DNA from: Felis catus
Taxonomy: Eukaryota
DNA length: 64,000 nucleotides
Assembly (NCBI RefSeq): GCF_018350175.1
Contig: NC_058373.1
Span: 118,298,001 to 118,362,000 of the forward strand
Reading direction: 5' to 3'
Part shown: positions 37,695 to 51,431 of the stretch, piece after piece
Numbering within the stretch: the first letter of the stretch is position 1
Layout: each line of letters starts with the position of its first letter
Made by a program: the position numbers and the translations under genes
Notes under the pieces: model-generated
The model's input: the letters and a program-made list of their open reading frames with translations, nothing else
What the model was told of the DNA's origin: nothing
Databases searched by the model: none

Positions 37695-39900
37695 ATTCAT
37701 TCATTTATTCATTCACTAATTCAAATATTTTGGAGCAGGTCCTATGGATCACATACTATTTTAGGCATTAAAGATTCAGCAGTGAACAAACTAAGTGAAG
37801 ATTTCAGTCTTTTTTTTTTTTTAATTTTTTTTCCCACGTTTTTATTTATTTTTGGGACAGAGAGAGACAGAGCATGAACGGGGGAGGGGCAGAGAGAGAG
37901 GGAGACACAGAATCGGAAACAGGCTCCAGGCTCCGAGCCATCAGCCCAGAGCCTGACGCGGGGCTCGAACTCATGGACCGCGAGATCGTGACCTGGCTGA
38001 AGTTGGACGCTTAACCGACTGCGCCACGCAGGCACCCCTGAAGATTTCAGTCTTAAGAGAGCTTATGTTTTAGCGAAGAAAAGACAAATAAATAAACTGT
38101 ATGGTATGGCAAATGGTGATAAGCCCTATCAGAGAAAAATAAAGCAAAGAGGAAGAACGCAAAGTATGTGTATATAGAGGAAGGTGGTATTTGGAATTTA
38201 AAATGAGGTTCTCAGTGAATGCCTCACTGAGAATGGGACTTTTGAAGAAGGAATGGAAAGAGATGAAGTGAGCCATGCATATATCTGGATGATGTGTATT
38301 CCAGAATAGAGGTTACAGCAAGTGCAAAGGTCCTGAAGCGGAAGCATAGCTAGTGGGTTCAAGGAATATCCAAGAAGCTAGGGTGGATGGAACTGAGGGA
38401 GAGTAGAAGATAGGAGAAGGGACAGTGGGAATTCATGTACCATGGCCTAGAAGGCCTAAAAGACTCTGGCTTTTATTCTGAGTAGGGCAAAAAGCTACTG
38501 GAGGATCTGGGGCAGTGGAACAACACAATGAGCCCTCTGTCTTAAAAAGATCACTCAGGCTGATATCTTGCGAACAGATGGTAAGGGGAACAACAATGAA
38601 AGCAGAAGTAGAACACCACTGCAATGACTCAGGTGAGAGAAGATGGCTTGGATCAGGGCAGCAGTGCAGAGGTAATGAGACAGAAACTGTTGATGGAATA
38701 GATATAGGGTACAACAGAAAGAGAGGAGTAAAGATTAGATCCAGGATTTTTAGGCAGAGCACAGGTACAGAGTTGTTGTATAGTGAGATGGGGAAGATTA
38801 GGGGAAAGTAGTTTGGGAGGAAAAGATTAGGAATTAGGTCTGTGACACGGGAGTATGAAATGCCTCATATAAAGTGTTTGATGATGATGATGATGATGAT
38901 GATAACAATACCTAACAGTTGCCCACTATCGCAGGCTGTTTTGTGCACTTTGCTAATATTTACTTATTTAATTTTCACAATAATCACATGAGGTTGGTAT
39001 TATTATTATTTTTTTTTTATAGAGGGGAAACTGAGATACAGAATAGTTAAGAACCTTTCCCAAGGTCACAAAGCTAGTAAGTGGCTGAGCCAAGATTAAA
39101 TGCAAGAACCTGACTCTTCAGAGTCTGTGCCCTAGCCCCTATGCTATATTGCTTCTATGATGGAAACACCACTATGAAGTCAAGAGGCAATGTCAAGATA
39201 GAAATTTCAGTCATTGGCACAGAGATGGTATTTAAATCCATGACACTGGATGAGATCATCAAGGGAGAGGTGTAGGCAGAGAAGACTCCACAGACTGGGA
39301 AGTAGGCAGCAACATGAGGGAAAACCAAGAGCAGGATCCCTGAACTCCAGATGAACTGTGTTTTATAGGAGGGGAGGAATGGACTAAGAGATCTGCTGAT
39401 AGGTCAGGTAAGGGGGTAGGTAGGACCTTTAGAATAATGATACAGAAAAAAACTTGACAAGAACAGCTTTGGTGGAGTGGTGAAGGTAAAAAGACTGATT
39501 AAATAGGTTTAACAGAGGAAGGGAGAGCAGAAACTGAAGGCACCAAGAAGAAACATTTTTTAAATAAAGATGATTTGTTTTGATCCACTATAAGAAAGAA
39601 AAACTGATATGGAAAAGAGTGTGGGGAGCATTGCTGGAGTAATAAAGAACTGGAATAACAAGAATCTAGTGGAGGAGATGGTCTCGGCTAGGAGCTCATA
39701 CAGTTCATCTCCTGAATAGGAGGGAAAACAGAGCATATGGGCATGGATGTAGGTAGGTGAGTAGATGCGGTGCCAGCGCATGCTAGAATTTTCTTCTGAT
39801 TGATTCTATTTTTTCAGTGACGTAAGAAGCAAGGTCATCAGCTGAAAGAGAACAGAGTAAGAAATTCTGGAGGCTTAAGGAAAAAAGAAGTGTCAAATAG
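37695..39900 (-). mobile_element. Degraded L2 with nested SINE and MIR (about 38900-39160)
   Basis: (ttca)n L2 tail at about 37695, 'caagtgcaaaggtcctga', 'ggtatttaaatccatgacactggatgagatca', and the MIR core 'ggaaactgag...ccaaggtcaca..gctagtaagtggc'. Confidence 0.7.
37812..38038 (-). mobile_element. Young felid Can-SINE
   Basis: TSD TGAAGATTTCAGTCTT at 37796-37811 and 38039-38054. Confidence 0.95.
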
Positions 39901-40743
39901 TTACCTAAAAATGAGAAAGTAAGAGCTAAAAAAAAAAAAAAAAAAGATTGTCTTGCTCATCTTTATATCTAGATAGCCTAGCATACTCCCTAGTATGTTT
40001 TACACAGTGTGATTTGAGCTCAAGAACCACTGTGTTTTCATGAATACAAATTAAAAAAGATGATTCCAAAAGTTGATGAATTTGTTTGTAATCTAGAAGA
40101 GGTCAGTGTTTGACACATTAGTTGATCATGTTATAGGAATTAATGAAACCAAGGATAATTGGAAATCTTCTGATAACTCTTGAGATTGTCTTTTTTTTTT
40201 TCCTTCAGAAATTTGTTACAATGGACTTCAAAAGGGGAAAAAAAAACCCCAAATCATAAAAGGTGCATCTAATAAAATACAAAAGAAGGTAAAATTTACA
40301 TAAGGGCATGGGAATTTAAAAAACAGGAAAACAAGGAAAGAGGCAGCAGATATTCCCTCTCTCTTAAAGAAAAGGATCCAGAATGAAGGTAAGCAGTAAG
40401 TATGATTTGTTACAGAGAAGAAAATCTGGGAAATCTAAAACAGAATGTAGATGTTGAGTACACTGACTTGAAGAGTAGTCATAAATACCACAAAATGTTT
40501 TCTCTCAACAATTAGGACTGAAAGTAATATAACCACATATTACTCTTCAACCATGCATTCTCTAAAAGACACAACCATTTCTAATTATGCCATTTAACAA
40601 CTGAAAAAGCAAAAGAACATGAAAAGATATATTTGGCAGGACATTAACAGGATCTGCTAAGAACAGATATAGTATTTTTGGTGATTTTTACACAGTTAGA
40701 AGTGCCCTCCCCTCTCCGAATTCAAAGTGACATAATAGCCCAA

Positions 40744-40800
40744 GGAGGAGTTCATAAACTCAAATATCTATGGGGAGGAGTTCATAAACTCAAATATCTA
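40744..40800. repeat. Tandem duplication, 30-bp period
   Basis: GGAGGAGTTCATAAACTCAAATATCTA at 40744-40770 and 40774-40800. Confidence 0.9.
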
Positions 40801-41100
40801 CAGGGTTAAAAGCAGAAAACAAATGAGTGAAGCAGGCTGAGTGCAAGGACATTAGGGAGTTGCAGGGATTATGGCAAATAGGCAACCAAAGGGTACACTG
40901 GCTACTCAACTCAAGCCACTGCTGCCACATAGAAAGCATTGTTTTACGAGATCTTCCAATTCTTAAGATATTCTAAGTTTCATGTGAAAACTCTCATGTT
41001 TGACATTTTGGCAACTAATTCAAATTTATAAACTGTGCAAGGCATACAATGCATGTTTGTGGGAAACATTCAGGCCCTTGTGCTATCTAGCGTACTTCTG
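40775..41100. mobile_element. MER45-like (hAT-Tip100) fragment
   Basis: aaactcaaatatctacaggg...aaatgagtgaagcaggc resembles the MER45B terminus. Confidence 0.55.
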
Positions 41101-41332
41101 AGAGAACATCAATATGGAGTAGGTGAAAAACTCTGCACCAAGTTTCAGAAAACCTTGGTTTCAGGGTAGGCACTGCTCTTTACTACTAACTGGGTGACTT
41201 CTTTGAGCTTGGTTGTAAAATGTAGTTTCATGAACTATCCTAATTCCTTGAGTGGTTGTGAACAGTAAATAAGAAATTAGGTCAAAGCATATCACAAACT
41301 ATAAAGCTCTATATGAATATAAGCAAATCGCT

Positions 41333-42280
41333 TTGAGATAATGGAAAATATATACTGGTCTCTGCTCCTGGTTCTGGGCACAAAGCTTCTGCAACCCTTG
41401 TAACTTCCTAATTTCCCAAGTGATAAGAGCACTGTGAGCATCTCTTGTTCTGATATTTGGTCTGTGACTCCATCCCTGACACGGAACTCCTAAAACCCTT
41501 GTAAATTCCTAAGAGATAAGGACACTGATAAGGAGCATCTTTTGTTCAATGAGGCAACTTTGGGTAGGCTCCTAGATAAGGGCTGATCAGCAGAAAGAAC
41601 AAGCCATGATGAGAAGCTTGTTCAGCCTCACCTCAGATCCATCCTCCAGGGAAGGAAAGCGGTTAGAAATCATTAATAATTGATCACGCCTATGTGAGGA
41701 AGCCTCCATAAAACCCCAATAGTACAAGGTTCAGACAGCGTCCAGGTTGGCAAACGCATCGTACTAGGAGAGTGACACACTCCATCTCCACAGGGATAGA
41801 AGCTCCCAGAACCCTCCCAGACCTCACACTGTGTAGCTCTTCTTCTGTTTCTTTTATCGTATCTTTTAATAAACTAGTAAACATAATTAAGTATACCCCT
41901 AAATTCTATGAGCTGTTCTAGCAAATTAAACCAGAGGAGGGAATTGTGGGAACCTCCAGTTTTTAGCCAAACTGGACAGAAGTTGTAGGTAACGTTGGGA
42001 CTTACTACTTGTGACTGGCATTGGAAGTAGGGTAGGGGAAGTCTTGTGGGACTGAGCCCTTAAGGTGTGGGATCAGACACTATCTCCAGGTAGACAGTGT
42101 TAGAACTGAGCTAAAGTGTGGAATAACCAGCTGAGGTTGCAAAAAATCGGTTGGTGTGGGAGAAAAAAAAAATCTCTACATATTTGGGGACCAGAAATGA
42201 ATATTTTATGTGAGTAGTAAAGGAAATTCATAGAAGAGAGACTCACAGGAGGTAGACTGACTGGAATTTTTCTAATACAA
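41333..42280. mobile_element. MER21-like solo LTR
   Basis: Internally repeated 'ctcctaaaacccttg...ttcct..gataag' units and 'gtcttgtgggactgagcccttaa...tatctccaggtagacagtgttagaa' resemble the MER21 consensus. Ends are approximate. Confidence 0.7.
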
Positions 42281-42600
42281 TAGCCTAAGAACATTTCATA
42301 TCTCTGTATTCAATCAGTTCCTCATAAAATGGGAATATAGTTTACCTAGCTCAGAGGTTCCTCAAATATATTAAAATTATAAAATCCTTTTCAATCAAAT
42401 GTTAAGTGCCATGTAATCACTTGGGTTAATCAAGTATTTATTTGGTACGGCCAAATACACTAATGAAGCTGTATGCAGTACATCCTAAAAAGTTGAGTAC
42501 ATTCTTGGCTCTCCTAACAATGGTGAGCAATTTAATGTAGCTAGTTTGGAAAATGGTTCTCGGGGTTTTTTTCCTTCTTTCTAAAGACGTGTGTAAGCTT

Positions 42601-45404
42601 GGGGCGCCTTGGTGGTTCAGTCGGTTAAGCGTCTGACTTCGGCTCAGGTAATGACCTCGAGTCCCACATTGGACTCTCTGCTGTCCGCGCAGAGCCTGCT
42701 TCAGACCCTCTGTCTACCTCTCTGCCCCTCTCCCACACGTGCCTGTGTTCTTTCTCAAAAAAACAAAACAAAAAGACCCAAGAGGCATATAAGCTTACAA
42801 TGAGCTAATAATACAGTAACAGACTCAGGTTTATCTGTTCCCTATTGCAAAAGCTTGTGGAGACACTGCTTCCATTAACTGGTGATGCAGGAATAGGGAA
42901 GTGACCCATTGGTCAGGTTCAGGAAACAACGTAGGAAAAAGAGGAAGCAATCCTCCTGGCGATGATCTATAAATCCCGATTCAGGGCTAATAATCCTTTC
43001 ATCTACCTACTTTTATGCAAATGTGCTTGGTGGACACCCCTCTTCCTAACTTGTTTTCTTTATCTTCGACCACTAAACCATACATGACATGAAGGCTAAG
43101 AAAGTGTCAAAATTTATGAGAAACTGTACTGGATTAAAAACTCAATAGTTAAAAATATTGTAGTAGCATTGTATGGTTACAGAAGATAACTACCTTTATC
43201 ACAGTGTCTCAAAATATAATTAACTATAAAATCACTATACACCTGAAACTAACATGCTATATATGTGAACTATACTTTAATTAAAAAAAAAACAAAAAAA
43301 CAAACAAACAAAAAAAAACCCCAAAAACCTACCAGGATGCCTGGGTGGCTCGGTCGGTTAGGTGTCCGACTTCAGCTCAGGTCATGATCTCACACTTTGT
43401 GGGTTCAGGCCCTGCGTCGGGCTCTGTGCTGACAGCTCAGAGCCTGGAGCCTGCTTCGGATTCTGTGTCTCCCTCTCTCTCTGCCCTTCCCTTGCTCATA
43501 CTGTGTCTCTCTATCTCTCTCAAAGGTAAATAAGCAATAAAAAACAAAAACAAAAACAACCCCCCAAAACAAAAAACCTATCATATACCGTTCGATGAGA
43601 TTCTTCATTTTCAGCTTTCATTAAGTCACAACTGACCTGGCAAACTTGACAAACCAAGTCTCTTCCGCCAGGCAATTTCTTGTAGATTAGTGTGCACGTG
43701 GGTTGAGTAATGGCAATTTGAAAGATTTAAAAGGCTCCAAATTAAAGTTTTTCATTTAAAAGCACATTTCTGCTGAGATTATGGGTAATGCTTCTTCCCC
43801 GTTGGTTTTTATAATATTTTAAATGACTTACTATAACATAAAAAATTATACATTAGAATAAAATTGTCCTGCCATAAAAAGAATTCTCCCTTCAATAACA
43901 AAAGAATTCTGACAGTCACAATGGTTCACAGATGCTAGTAGGAGATTGTTTAGTATCTTTTTTTCCTTTTTAAAAAAGTTTTTATTTAAATTCCAGTTAG
44001 TTAACATATAGTATAATATTAGCTTCAGATGTACAATTTAGTGATTCCACACTTCTATACAACACCTACTGCCCATCTGCTGAGCGTCTTTTAAGGAAAT
44101 TCTGTGAGAGTAAAACTCACTAGTATGATTTAAATATCTCCAAATAAGGGGCTCCTGTGTGGCTCAGTCGGTTAAGCGTCCAACTCTTGGTTTCAGCTCA
44201 GGTCATGATCTCATGATTTGTGAGATCAAGACCCAAGCTGGACTCTGTGCTGCCAGTGTAGAGCCTGCTTAGGACTCTCTCTGCCTCTTCCCCACTCACG
44301 CTCTCTCTCTCAAAATAAATATTAAAACAAATTAAAAATAAATAAACATCTCCAAATAAATAAAATGTTGGTTTGAACCACTGAAAAAAACTCTTTAAAG
44401 CCTTAATAAAAAAAGTGAGTTGAGGGGTGGCTGGGTGGCTCAGTCAGGTAAGAGTCTGACTCTTGATTTTGGCTCAGATCATGATCTCATTTGTGGGTTC
44501 TAGCCCCACATCAGGTTCTGCACTGACAGTGCAGAGGCTGATTGGGTTCTCTCTCTCCTTCTCCTTATGCCCCTCACCTGCTTACACGCTCTCTCAAAAT
44601 AAATAAATAAACAAAAAAACATAAAGTGAAATAAGTTTATAGGAAGCTATTTATTAGCACCTTTTAAGGTTAAATCTTTTTATGTTATTTTAAAGATTTT
44701 ATTTTTCAGTAATCTATATACCCAATGCGGGGCTTTAACCCACAACCCTGAGATTAAGAGCCACACACTCAGCAACTGAGCCAACCAGGCACCCCAAGCT
44801 TCAATCTTTAAAACTTTCGTTGTAAATAATAAGAAAACACAGTGACTGTATAGCATAGTGACTAAGAATGTGGGCTTTGGAGTCAAATTATCTGGGTCCA
44901 AAATTCTAGCTTCTACCACTTATCAGATCTGTGAATTTGGGCAGGACACCTACCTCTATAAACTTTAGTTTCCTCACTGTAAAATAGGGAGAATAATAAT
45001 TTCAGGGTTATTTTAAGGATTGAGATGATTCTTAATTTTCTTTCTCATGCCATATAATCATGCTGCAAAATGCAACAGTGTGACCCAGTTCAGCTACACT
45101 GTAAGTGCACCCTGACTCCATTCTATATAGCAATGAATATTGCCACTTTGGGATGATTTTGAGTTGAAAGCTACCTTTGTTCCCTAACAGCATGTTGTAT
45201 AACCTTTTAACAAGTTTTTTCTATAAACCAAATCAATATTTTCTATAACCTAGCCTTCTATGCAAGGTCTATACAAGGTTATTATTATTTTTTTTATTTA
45301 TTTGAGAAAGAGAGAAACCCAAGCAGGGCTCAAACCACAAACCATGAGCTCATGAACCGAGCCAAAATCAAGATGCTTAACCAACTGAGCCACCTAGGTG
45401 CCCC
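42601..45404. mobile_element. Can-SINE cluster: about 42601-42775 (+), 43335-43560 (+), 44147-44345 (+), 44423-44620 (+), 44680-44795 (-), 45285-45404 (-), plus short L1 3' and MIR fragments
   Basis: Repeated SINE heads and tails. L1 3' motif tacacctgaaactaa at about 43240. Confidence 0.85.
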
Positions 45405-45565
45405 AAGGTTGTTTTACTAAAGTAGACATATTAAAAACTGATCACTTGGAAGCTAGTTTAAATTGTATAATAATTATGGTGATGTAAAATCGCTTTGAGA
45501 AATTCTATTTGGAAAAGAATAAATATCCACAAAAACTTCCTTAACAATTATAATGCCTACTTATA

Positions 45566-45676
45566 TAGTTAACCCTTGAATACTGAACTGTGTAAATCCA
45601 CTTATGTACAGATTTGATAAATACAGTACTGTAAATGTATTTTTTAAGATTAAAAAAATTTTTTTTAATGTTTACT

Positions 45677-45732
<56 letters not shown>

Positions 45733-46351
45733 TAAGCACACACAAGTGGAGGAAGGGCAGAGAGAGGGAGACAGAGGATCCGAAGCGGGCAAAGCAGGCT
45801 CCACACCAAGAGCAGAGAGCCCAATGTGGGGCTAGAACTCATGAACCGTGAGGTCATGACCTATGCTGAATTCAGTCACTTAATCCACTGAACTACCCAG
45901 GTACCACAAGATTTTCTTAATTAACATTTTCCTTCCTCTCGCTTACTTTATCATAAGAATACAGTATATAATACATATAACATACAAAATATGTGTTGAT
46001 GGGGCGCCTGGGTGGCGCAGTTGGTTAAGCATCCGACTTTGGCTCAGGTCATGATCTCATGGCTCCTGAGTTTGAGCTCCACTTAGGGCTCTCTGCTCTC
46101 AGTGCAGAGCATGTTCAGATCTTCTGTCTGCTTCTCTCTCTGCCCCTCCCCCACTTGTGCTCTGTCTCTCTCTCACAAAAATAAACATTAAAAAAATATA
46201 TATATATGTGTTGATGGACTGTTTATGTTATCGGTAAGGTCAACAATAGGCTACTGTAGTTAAGTTCATGGAGAGTCAAATATCATACAGGGATTTTCCA
46301 CTGCGGAGAGGGATGAAGGCCCTGATCCCTGGCATTGTTCAGGGTTAACTG
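45566..46351. mobile_element. Tigger2-like element interrupted by two Can-SINEs (about 45650-45907 minus, about 46001-46196 plus)
   Basis: TIR-like ends TAGTTAACCCTTGAA and TTGTTCAGGGTTAACTG with TA flanks. The body resembles 4073-4340 in the opposite orientation. Confidence 0.8.
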
Positions 46352-47461
46352 TAATGATGCAGATATCTATAGGATTAGTTCTTTCTAGATATAGACTTGT
46401 TAATTTAACTCAAACTCAAGATGTCTACTAAGAAATTTTATTGTGACATATGTGGGTAAATTATATGACTTTCTATTTCAGATTCACAGCAGTAAACTGA
46501 ATCAAGCCATTCAAGCTCTTCAAATTTGTTTATAGACAAATTTATAGTATAAAGGTGACCTACATGAACATGTAAAAACAAGTTACTACTAAAATATTTA
46601 CTTAAGAAATGGAAACTATTTGTTCTTTAAAACAAATTTCCAAGGTAACAAAACCACCTTGTAAAAAAAAAAAAATTGTGATGGGATTTTTATATTCACA
46701 TTAATTTTTTATAATTTATAGTCAGTTATCCAATGACAGTAGTGTTTTCTTATGCTGTCTCAGTCTGAATTATTTTGTAGCACTTACTCAAAACTAAACA
46801 ATGATAAGCTTTGACACAAAAATGTTAGAAATGTATTTAGCTATTTGTAAATATATTCTTAATTTTAAGAAACTCTGAACATTAAATAATCATTACTTGA
46901 AAAGCATGTACAGAAAGAACATCACACATAATGATAGATATTTGGTAGACTGCTAATTAAGATAATTTTTCTTAGATTAGCAGCCCAGGTTTTAAAAAAC
47001 AAAAATCACAGAATCTCCAAATGTAGGTTTATGTACTTTCACTCACTTTACCTGAAATTTGATTTAGACTGAAAAAAAAAGTATTAGCACTGAATGTAAA
47101 ATGTGTACATTCAATTTCCACTTGAACTTAGTGTTTCTTCCCATTTCTCCCTCAACATTGAGCACTAAGTAAAACCCACTTGCTAAAAACCCAGCTAATA
47201 TGCTAGTATGAACAGCTTTGTAAGATCAAATTAAATTTAATACCTAGCTTTGAGGAAATAATCCTCTTTTAACTTATCTGCTTTAATTACTGGATTTTAG
47301 TATCAACAGACACATAGTTAACATCATAGATAGCAAGTTTCCAATTTATTAATTTCCCTCTATAGTCAAATCAATTCCTGTATTATGAAGAAACCAATGT
47401 CAGTGCTATACTAGGGGTGTAACTCCTTATAAAGCAAGCACGAATGTGGCATCAAACTTAC

Positions 47462-47494
47462 TTTTCCAAAGAAGCCTTTGAAGAACTTCCTTTC
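47462..47494 (-). CDS. NUMB: NUMB alternative PTB-insert exon (33 nt, ERKFFKGFFGK)
   Basis: cctgttcctccAG|GAAAGG acceptor and AAA|GTAAGT donor. Phase 0-0. The 11 aa match the known PTB-long insert. Confidence 0.96.
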
Positions 47495-50400
47495 CTGGAG
47501 GAACAGGGGGACAAGTCGAGCGCTATTATTGTATGGGCTAAATGTCCCAGGGTTTCACACCAATAAGCACATACAGAAGTTGGGTAAAGGGCAAAGTAGG
47601 AGAAGGGGAGGGAGTGAGAGTTTTAAAGAGTTATCCATACCAGGAGTGACAGGGAAAAAGGAAGGGTGCATGAAAATGCAGGGAAACATACTATATGGCC
47701 TAAGAATCCATGAAAGGAGTGAGAAGAAATCAGAACCTGTGTATCCATGCAGAGCAACTAGTTAGTTTAGTATTCTGTATTTACTTTTGAAACAGAGATT
47801 ATCCAAATTTGGCAGCAGAGAAAAAGATGAACACATATTGGTTTGGCAAGATTTGCATTTTAAATTTCCTAATAGTGAGTAGTAAATACATTTTTCAATT
47901 TCCATATACATTTTTTTCAATGTAAACATCAGTGGTCAACTATGTGGAAGTCATGAATTAAAAAAACAGTCCACATTTGAATAACCACATAAAAAATGCA
48001 ACGCATAAAATTAAATTATGAGTATGTAGCAAGAATCCTTGTCAAACTTTTTCTTACTGAGTTCAAGAGGTTACTTAGAGAATCCTTACTTATGCATTAG
48101 GATCAATTTGTATGTTATATCTGGGCTGATCAATTCCACAACAATCATGGGGGAAATAATAGATATGTTCTATTCCAAAAAGAGAATGAATCAGCTATAA
48201 AGAACACAAAGCTAATGTTTTCATTGCAGCTGAAAAAACAAATATATCTGAGAACCAAACAAGAACCACAAAAGAAATTTTAAAAATAGGGTTTTGTTTT
48301 CTTTTAAAATGCTACTGTTTTAGAATAAAGAAACTTGCATTGACAGTTCTAAGTATACAGCTCTGAAACTATGTAGATAAGAGAGAGCTAACTATGGTCC
48401 CAGCACCAATCTTTAAGCATGTACAACTTTGAAAGCTGGCTACCATTTAAAATCAGAACTTGAATGCAAAGTAGATGGGTTCTAACCCAAGCTGTCTCAA
48501 CTTTACATTTCCTAACTCTGGTTGAACTATACTTTAAGCTTTTCGTTTTTAAAATCAGCGTTTAATGTTGGATAAGTATCTAGAAAAAGACAAATGTACT
48601 GAAATTTTGCTCTCTCAAACAATTTATAAACTCATTCACTACTCTCAAACACTGAATAGTTTGTTTTCTACCTAAGTTTTGAAAATCACAAACAGCATCA
48701 AATATTTCCAAAAAATGTTTTGAACTTAAGCTGGAAAAACAATGAAGTAATTGAGGTAGTTATCGTAATAAGAGTAAGTTTATTTCTACTGCCAAGTTTG
48801 GTGACCCTAGTTTTGTTAGACTGTGAGTAACCATCAGCTTTTAAAGATGCAGCCCAAGTTAAAGATTCACCATTCTTGAGGGCTAGGGAGGAGAGGGAAG
48901 GAGATCTGTTAATATTTAATTTAGCTCCCAGGAAAGCTCTTGTTAAACATGTAGTTTGCCCTCTTCATAAAAGACTTCAGATGTTAACAAAAAAAGTTGA
49001 CGTGCAAATGCATTAAAAGATAGCTATCAGAGAATATTAGTGTTTTTTTTTAAAACAAGTTATGATTCTTTTACCTGCTAAAACAAGAACATATATTAAA
49101 GCAAATATATCAAATAGTGAATAAAAAAACAACATATTAGAAACTGTCAGTATAATGAAACTAGTCTAAAACCCAGACAGAGAAGGAGAGACATTCAGAG
49201 ACAACGGGAAGAAAAGACCTTTAAAAGGAAGAGTGTATTGAACTAGTGTCAAGCAAGATAACCAAAGGCCTTGTACACTTTTTACAAAATAGACTGATAA
49301 ATGACATTACTACTCATCCTGCAACTGCCTATGTCATTAAAGGCACTGAAAATGGGCAATAGTTGTTTCTATTATTTATCCTATACAATCTAAGTCCCAA
49401 TGCAGCTAATTTGTGCACTCATGTCACAAAATAAATGAGTAGAAAAATACCTTTAACTAACTTTATCATACAAAGTAAAAAGAATTTAAACATATTTATG
49501 CTCTTGAAAAGCATTTTGAAAATTCAATTTTGTTTAGTTACAGTATCTTTTTGTTTGAGAATATTAACTATGCACATAACTTCTAGTTGATATTAAAGTA
49601 ATCCTAAATTATAAGAGACTACATTGAGGAAAAATAGAAACCATACTTGCAAATTATCCAGCTTCCTAAATTATTTATAAATTTAAGAAGCTCTAGAATG
49701 TCACATTTTTAGTTCAACTATCATCCAAGTAATAAGTTTACGATGTTTGTTTTGCTACTTAACTGATATATTTGAGCTATATAATTCTTTAAATTTTAAA
49801 ACTCTGGCATTCAAACTAGTTACATATTTCTTCTTTAATTTTCTTTTACATTTACTTCCATTTATTTGAAACTCTAAGAAGGAGACATAGCTTTTGGTAC
49901 AATATAACCATCCGGCACAGCAGATTATAGATGTTTGATGAATGTTTGATAAGGGGCAGGAGGCAACCAGAAATTTCTGCACAGTAAAACTATGAAAGAG
50001 CAGAAAAATCATAAATATTTGTGAACTAATATGGTCTGAGAAGAATAACATCCTGAAGAATTCTAACTTACTGCAAGCCTCTCAGTATAGAATTAGAAAG
50101 AATATTTGTAAGGGGGAGTTTTATTGACTATAATAAATAGGAAATTGACCCCGATTACCCAAAAATTCAATCTTATTTGTTAAATACATGTTTATCTATC
50201 TGAAATTATACACAACATTTGCCCCAAGTCTCTTGGGTAGCATTAGTTTGAAAAACTTTAAAGAACTTTTGAATGAAAAGTTCAGAAGTGGTCAATTTCC
50301 CCTGAAAGTTTAAAAGTTTAAGTATATCCAGAAAAGCAATTGACATATATAAAACTTTGTATTAGTCATAAACGACCATAGGGAAATCAGGATATTTTAG

Positions 50401-50739
50401 AGATACATAAAAGGGTTTCATAAACTTTAAAACACTAAATGTAACATATGGTAATGATAATTGTTAGGAGATTTGATTTGACCACATATTGAGGGCCTAA
50501 TTATTTTCTGTATACTCATTCTAGAAATATTTTTTGAGTGGCTACTATGTACCAAACACTGTTCCAGGCATAGGCATAATTTTTTAAATGGCAATTTGGT
50601 TACTATTTCTGATGAAAATAAAACCCATTAAATTTTATTAACTAAATAGTCCCATACCTCAAATAATCATGTTTATAGTTTATAATCTTCATGGTTAAAA
50701 AAAAGGTAAAAATTTCATTTGATTAAAAAAATTAGTTTT

Positions 50740-51431
50740 TTTTATTAACTTTATACATTTAAGTAATTTCTACACTCAACATGGGGCTTGAACCCACAAC
50801 TGAGATCAAGAGTCACGTGTTCTTCTGACTGAGCCAGCCAGTTGCTCCTAAAAAAATTAGTTTTAAAACTAGCTGGTGAAGGGGCGCCTGGGTGACTCAG
50901 TTGGTTAAGCGTCCAACTGATGATTTTGGCTCACGTCATGATCTCATAGTTCAGTTTGTCAGTCCGAGCCCTGTGTCAGGCTCTGCACTGGCAATGCAGA
51001 GCCTGCTTGTGATTCTCCCTCCCTCCCTCTCTCTGTTCCTACCCCACTTGTGCGCGCGCGCGCGCTCTCTCTCTCTCTCTCTCTCTCCAAATAAAAAAAT
51101 AAGCTTTAAATAAAAACAAAAATAAAATTAGATGGTGAATAATGGCCATCTCTGGGATTGCAAGAAATTTTATGTACTGTTTTTATTCATTTGTATTTTA
51201 CACAATTAACTTATGTATATAATGAAGAGATGTTTCTAATGAAAAGTAGGCTTAAAAAAAACACTTAAGGAGCACCTGGATGGCTCAGTTAGTTAAGTAT
51301 CCGACTTCGATTCCGGTCATGATCTCACAGTCTCCTGGGATCGAGCCAGGCCTGGAGCCTGCTTTAGATTCTGTGTCTCCCCCTCTCTCTGACCCTCCCC
51401 TGCTCAAGCTCTCTCACCCTCTCTCAAAAAA
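50740..51431. mobile_element. Three Can-SINEs: about 50740-50849 (-), 50880-51108 (+), 51268-51431 (+)
   Basis: SINE heads. The middle copy carries (GC)n followed by (CT)n. Confidence 0.85.

Noticed and set aside
47495..47540. SRRM4-type neural microexon regulation of the 33-nt exon
   Set aside because: There is no UGC motif in the pyrimidine tract just upstream of the acceptor.
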